DNA of 64,000 bases from an uncultured delta proteobacterium (GTDB lineage: Bacteria > Desulfobacterota > Binatia > JACPRU01), in NCBI GenBank assembly GCA_963745025.1, contig CAVUWD010000011.1, positions 224,001 to 288,000 of the forward strand, read 5' to 3'. The position numbers and the translations under genes were made by a program. Shown in pieces: positions 60,065 through 64,000 of the stretch (its first letter is position 1; every line of letters starts with the position of its first letter). The notes below the pieces were generated by a model, which had not been told where the DNA came from, searched no databases, and saw only the letters and a program-made list of their open reading frames with translations.

Positions 60065-60796
60065 TCAATCCCACGCATTCTCCCACCCCTCCTCATCGTC
60101 GTCCTCGTCGGCGGCTTCGGGCTTCTCTGCGTTCTTCTCGGCGGGGGCCGAAGGTGTCGGCCGTGGCGGGTGAAGCGCGTCGGCGACTTCGGCGGCGCTC
60201 GGGCAGCCGCGACAATCGAGACGCTTCCGCCACCACTCCGGGGCCTTGCCGTAGTGCTCGGTCACCTTCGCGTCGAGAGCGTCGAACTCTTTCCAAAGAC
60301 CGAGGATGTCCTTCAGTTGATCGCGCTCGCGGCGGCGTAGGCGGCGCAGGTCGTCGGCCTTCTGCTGCTCGACCTGGCTCGCCGCCAGGAAGGCGTCTCG
60401 CTGTCGATCGAGCGAGGCCTGCGCGGAGCGCGGGTCGCCGATCGCCGCGGGAACCCAGGCGCCGAATTGCTTCTCTTCGGTCTTGCGGATCTCGGTGCGA
60501 GTCTCCACGAGCGCACGGCCCGCGGCAGTGAGCTTGCGCTCGATGTCGTTCCGGCTGAGGCTCGCCTGGACCGAGAACGTCTCCTCGGGAGTCGCGTCGC
60601 GCCCCTTCAGGAGCGGTAACGCCGCGGAGTCTCGCTCTCCGCCGGGCGAGCCGGTGATGCTGTAGTGCATGTTGCCGTCCGCGTCCCGCCACTTGCGGAT
60701 CTCGTCGGCCGCGCCCCGTGCCACATCGAGAAGGCCAACGAATGCCAGCGCGAGGGCGCAGCGCGAGGTCGTGTTGAATTCACCGAACCGAGACAC
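60065..60796 (-). CDS. Secreted hypothetical protein (DUF4124-like N-terminus)
   Basis: Signal peptide then IRKWRDADGNMHYS. Confidence 0.7.
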   Translation of the reverse strand: MSRFGEFNTTSRCALALAFVGLLDVARGAADEIRKWRDADGNMHYSITGSPGGERDSAALPLLKGRDATPEETFSVQASLSRNDIERKLTAAGRALVETRTEIRKTEEKQFGAWVPAAIGDPRSAQASLDRQRDAFLAASQVEQQKADDLRRLRRRERDQLKDILGLWKEFDALDAKVTEHYGKAPEWWRKRLDCRGCPSAAEVADALHPPRPTPSAPAEKNAEKPEAADEDDDEEGWENAWD

Positions 60797-60846
60797 TAGT
60801 GTCGGCCCAACGCGCGTTTCGCGCGTCCTCGAAGGAGGAAGCCGCC

Positions 60847-61059
60847 ATGGTGGAAAAGACGATCGACCTCACCGGAACTTCCTCGATTGGCATTGAGGAC
60901 GCGGTGAGCCTGGCCATCCAGCGAGCCGCCATCACCGTCAAGAACATCCGCCAGGCGAAGCTCGTGGACGCCGTCGCGCTCGTCGAGAACGACTCGGTCA
61001 TTCGCTGGCGCGTGCGCGTCGAGGTGACCTTCACGATTCACGATCAGCTCCACGAGTAA
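60847..61059 (+). CDS. Dodecin family protein
   Basis: KTIDLTGTSSIGIEDAV...RA..TVKNI...WRV...TF; RBS AGGAGG. Confidence 0.88.
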   Translation: MVEKTIDLTGTSSIGIEDAVSLAIQRAAITVKNIRQAKLVDAVALVENDSVIRWRVRVEVTFTIHDQLHE

Positions 61060-61062
61060 CGG

Positions 61063-62061
61063 ATGACGGAGCGTGCCGAGGTCAAAGTCCGGGAAGTCCT
61101 GCCAGGCTTCCACCTGATCCACTTGCCGTTGCCGATGAGGCCGACGATCGTCAACGTGTATCTGGTCGACGGCGGCTCGGAATGGGGATTGATCGACACC
61201 GGGATGTACACTGCGGAAAGCGTCAAGGCCTTTCGTTCCGCGCTCGACGTCGCGGGCTGCCCCCCGGAGAAAATCCGCAAGATCATCTGTACCCACCATC
61301 ATCCCGATCACTTTGGCACATCGAGACCCTACCAGGAGCTCTGTCACGCCGAGGTGTTCCTCCATTCCCTCGAGGTGGCACCCGTCGCTAGGTTCCTCCC
61401 GCAGGCTCGCAGCCCGGAGACGATCCGCTTCTTCGAGCGGAACGGTATACCGATCGAGAGCTTCGCGAAAGTGCCGAGCTTGGGAGAATTCTGGAGGAAC
61501 ATGTACGCGCCCGCGCGGCCCGACCACCCCCTCGCGGATCGTGATCGCATCGCGATCGGCGAGCGGACGCTCGAAACAGTGTGGACCCCGGGGCATTCGC
61601 CGGGCCACTGCGTGATGTACTTTCGCAGCGAGAAGGTCGCCGTGGTTGGAGACCACCTGTTGCCGAGGATCACGCCGCACGTGGGTATCGTCTCGGACGA
61701 TGCCGGCGATCCGCTCGGCGATTTTCTCGCCTCGTTGCGAAAGGTCGGGGAGCTCGACGTCGAGACCGTGCTGCCCGCGCACGGCCCGGTCTACCACGAC
61801 CACCGCAAGCGCGTCACGCAGCTCATCGAGTTTCACGACTATCGAATGCAGGTGATGCTCGACATCCTCCGCGGCCGGCCACGCACCGCGTACAACGTCG
61901 CGCTCGAGGCGTTCGACCTCACGCCGCAGAGCCCGTTCCAGCAACAGTTTCCCGCTACCTTCGAAACCCTCGCGCACCTCGAGCGAATGCGGCTCCAGGG
62001 GCGCACCGAGAAGTTCGAGGTCGACGACAGAGTCCTGTGGCGGCCGAAGACCGCTCACTGA
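61063..62061 (+). CDS. MBL-fold metallo-hydrolase
   Basis: THHHPDHFG, TPGHSPGH, GDHLL, PAHG. Confidence 0.93.
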   Translation: MTERAEVKVREVLPGFHLIHLPLPMRPTIVNVYLVDGGSEWGLIDTGMYTAESVKAFRSALDVAGCPPEKIRKIICTHHHPDHFGTSRPYQELCHAEVFLHSLEVAPVARFLPQARSPETIRFFERNGIPIESFAKVPSLGEFWRNMYAPARPDHPLADRDRIAIGERTLETVWTPGHSPGHCVMYFRSEKVAVVGDHLLPRITPHVGIVSDDAGDPLGDFLASLRKVGELDVETVLPAHGPVYHDHRKRVTQLIEFHDYRMQVMLDILRGRPRTAYNVALEAFDLTPQSPFQQQFPATFETLAHLERMRLQGRTEKFEVDDRVLWRPKTAH

Positions 62062-62087
62062 TCTACTGACCTTGAAGCGATAATAAT

Positions 62088-62240
62088 TTTGGCCAAGAAG
62101 GACGCAGAGCCCGCACCCGACTGGGACGCGTCGCGAGCGCCAGACGAGCCGCGGGCCGTCTTTGGAGGCGCGAGAGGCGCCTAGGAAGAAGCTCGTGGCG
62201 GCCAAGTCGGGTGCGGGCACTGCATGCTCCACGGGTCCAA
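62088..62240 (+). ncRNA. Candidate structured RNA
   Basis: 14-bp perfect stem GCCCGCACCCGACT/AGTCGGGTGCGGGC plus flanking stems and two inner hairpins. Confidence 0.45.
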
Positions 62241-62359
62241 GTATTTTCGCTGCAAGGCTAATGAGGTAGACTTGCGCGGTTTCGCATGAAGATATGAGGT
62301 ACGAGGCGCAGTCGCCCTCCGGCGCTTCGGTAGGATCAGGAGGCTGCGATGAGGAGACG

Positions 62360-62557
62360 ATGAGACGTCCGAAGTATCGCTTGCTGTTCGACTGGCCGCC
62401 CTTCGAGCAGGCGCTGCGCGAAGCGGCCGGCCGGCGACGTTGGACCGCGGAGCAGATCGCCGCCGCGCTCCAGCGCGACCGGATCTGCACGATCGAGGTC
62501 GATGACATCGAAGCCCATCTCGACTGGCACGAGCGTCTCGGCTTCGTGGCCCTTTAG
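62360..62557 (+). CDS. Small hypothetical protein
   Basis: RBS GAGGAG, 65-aa ORF. Confidence 0.6.
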   Translation: MRRPKYRLLFDWPPFEQALREAAGRRRWTAEQIAAALQRDRICTIEVDDIEAHLDWHERLGFVAL

Positions 62558-62620
62558 TTTGGCGCCTCCGAGGTATGACGGGGACGGCGGCGACACTCCG
62601 CCCGTAGCGGGCTCACCGAG

Positions 62621-62640
62621 CGTTGACAATGGTGTCAACG
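62621..62640. promoter_or_regulatory. Palindromic operator overlapping a -35 box
   Basis: CGTTGACA-ATGG-TGTCAACG containing TTGACA. Confidence 0.6.
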
Positions 62641-62657
62641 TCCCCGATCCTGACCGC

Positions 62658-63419
62658 GTGGACGGCTTGACGATCGAATTTCGGCCCGAGCTCACGCAGC
62701 CGACGTTGCTGGTCGCGTTTGCCGGCTGGAGCGATGCCGGATCGGCGGCGACGAATGCCGTGCAGTACGTGGGAGCGCAGCTCGGCGCGAAGAAGTTCGC
62801 CACGATCGACGGCGAAGATTTCTTCGATTTCACCGTACAGCGGCCGCTCGTCCGTCTCGACGAGCAGCAGATCCGCCATCTGCAGTGGCCGTCCTACGAG
62901 TTTTCGGCGGCGCGGAACGTGGTTCTTGCGGTGGGGCCCGAGCCGCACCTGCGTTGGAAGACCTTCTGCGGTCTCGTCATGCGGGTAGTGGAAGAGCTGA
63001 AGATCGAGCGCATCGCGCTGCTCGGCGCGTTCCTCGCCGAGGTGCTCTACACGGATCCGGTGCCGCTCACTGGCTTCGCTTCCGACACGGCGATTCTCGA
63101 GCGCCTCAAGGTATCGCCGACCGCGTATCAGGGGCCGACCGGGATCGTTGGCGCGCTCGCAGACCGATTCCGGCGCTCCTCGCTGCCGGTCTTCAGCTTG
63201 TGGGCCGCGATCCCCCACTACATCGCCGCCGCGCCGAACCCGCGCGGAACGCTCGCTCTGCTGCTGAAGCTCAAGGAATGGATGGAGCTGCCGATCGACC
63301 TGGCGCCGCTCGAGGCGGCGGCGAGCGCCTTTCAGGCACAGCTCCTCGAGGCGGTCGAAGGCAATACGGAGCTCGCCAGCTACGTCCACGGGCTGAAAAA
63401 GGGCGAGACGTCGCATTAG
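62658..63419 (+). CDS. PAC2 (proteasome assembly chaperone) family protein
   Basis: VAFAGWSDAG.AA, FFDFTVQRP, GPEPHLRW, YQGPTGI, WAAIPHY. Confidence 0.9.
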   Translation: MDGLTIEFRPELTQPTLLVAFAGWSDAGSAATNAVQYVGAQLGAKKFATIDGEDFFDFTVQRPLVRLDEQQIRHLQWPSYEFSAARNVVLAVGPEPHLRWKTFCGLVMRVVEELKIERIALLGAFLAEVLYTDPVPLTGFASDTAILERLKVSPTAYQGPTGIVGALADRFRRSSLPVFSLWAAIPHYIAAAPNPRGTLALLLKLKEWMELPIDLAPLEAAASAFQAQLLEAVEGNTELASYVHGLKKGETSH

Positions 63420-63423
63420 AGGA

Positions 63424-63496
63424 GGCTACAGGCTTCCGGCTACCGGAAAAGACACCTGGAGCCGTTGCGGTAGCCGGTGGTCGGTAGCCGGTAGTC
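63424..63496. repeat. Palindromic heptamer element
   Basis: GGCTAC-like x3, spacer, GGTAGCC-like x4. Confidence 0.75.
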
Positions 63497-63505
63497 GTTC
63501 TCCCC

Positions 63506-64000
63506 ATGTCCGGCAAATTCACCGCGATGACCCCGCAGCTGCACGACTACGTCAAGCGGCTCTGCGTGCCCGCAGATCCTCTGTTGCAACGTCTCGTCGA
63601 GGAGACGGCGGCCCTCGGTCAGGTCGCGCGCATGCAGATCGCGCCCGACGAGGGAATACTCCTCCAGCTCCTCGCACGCATGATCGGGACGCGTTTCGCA
63701 ATCGAGATTGGCACCTTCACCGGTTACAGCGCCATCTCGATCGCGCGCGGTATCGCCGACGACGGCAAGCTCCTCTGCTGCGACGTCAACGAAGAATGGG
63801 CGGCGATCGCGAGGCGCTACTTTCGCGAGGCCGGCCTCGACCGGAAGATCGAGCTCCGCATCGCTCCTGCGCTCGAGACCCTGCGGTCGCTCCCGAAGGC
63901 CGAGAGCGTGGATTTCGCTTTCGTCGATGCCGACAAGCAATCGTACGCCGACTACTACGAAGAGATCCTGAAGCACCTGCGTCCAGGCGGGCTCCTCCTC
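63506..64000 (+). CDS. O-methyltransferase (caffeoyl-CoA type), runs off window
   Basis: MQIAPDEG, EIGTFTGYS, FVDADK, LRPGG. Confidence 0.92.
   Translation, partial: MSGKFTAMTPQLHDYVKRLCVPADPLLQRLVEETAALGQVARMQIAPDEGILLQLLARMIGTRFAIEIGTFTGYSAISIARGIADDGKLLCCDVNEEWAAIARRYFREAGLDRKIELRIAPALETLRSLPKAESVDFAFVDADKQSYADYYEEILKHLRPGGLLL

Noticed and set aside
1-64000. CRISPR array or cas genes
   Set aside because: No regularly spaced repeats or Cas motifs seen

Overview
This is a GC-rich bacterial chromosome segment. Its gene content (many LLM/F420 oxidoreductases, acyl-CoA dehydrogenases and zinc-ribbon class III cyclases) resembles soil Binatota/deltaproteobacteria-like lineages, which is inference only. 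Two blocks of ordinary metabolic genes (1-12.2 kb and about 53.6-64 kb) flank an approximately 41 kb accessory region that starts at a tRNA-Val(CAC). The accessory region is a mosaic of gene fragments, an IS3, an IS481, an integron cassette with attC sites but no integrase, several broken zinc-ribbon cyclase paralogs, a secreted-protein operon, and a phage/ICE-like operon (RadC x2, beta-clamp homolog, small tyrosine recombinase). The most notable signal is a family of 7 (plus 1 partial) short elements. Each couples a dif-like XerC/XerD site to an IS91/ISCR oriIS-like tail. Several sit at gene-breakage junctions, and one lies just downstream of an IS91-type HUH transposase remnant, suggesting a Xer plus rolling-circle gene-shuffling system. 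Many single-base frameshifts could be sequencing errors rather than real decay. All calls come from reading the sequence by eye; no database searches were run.
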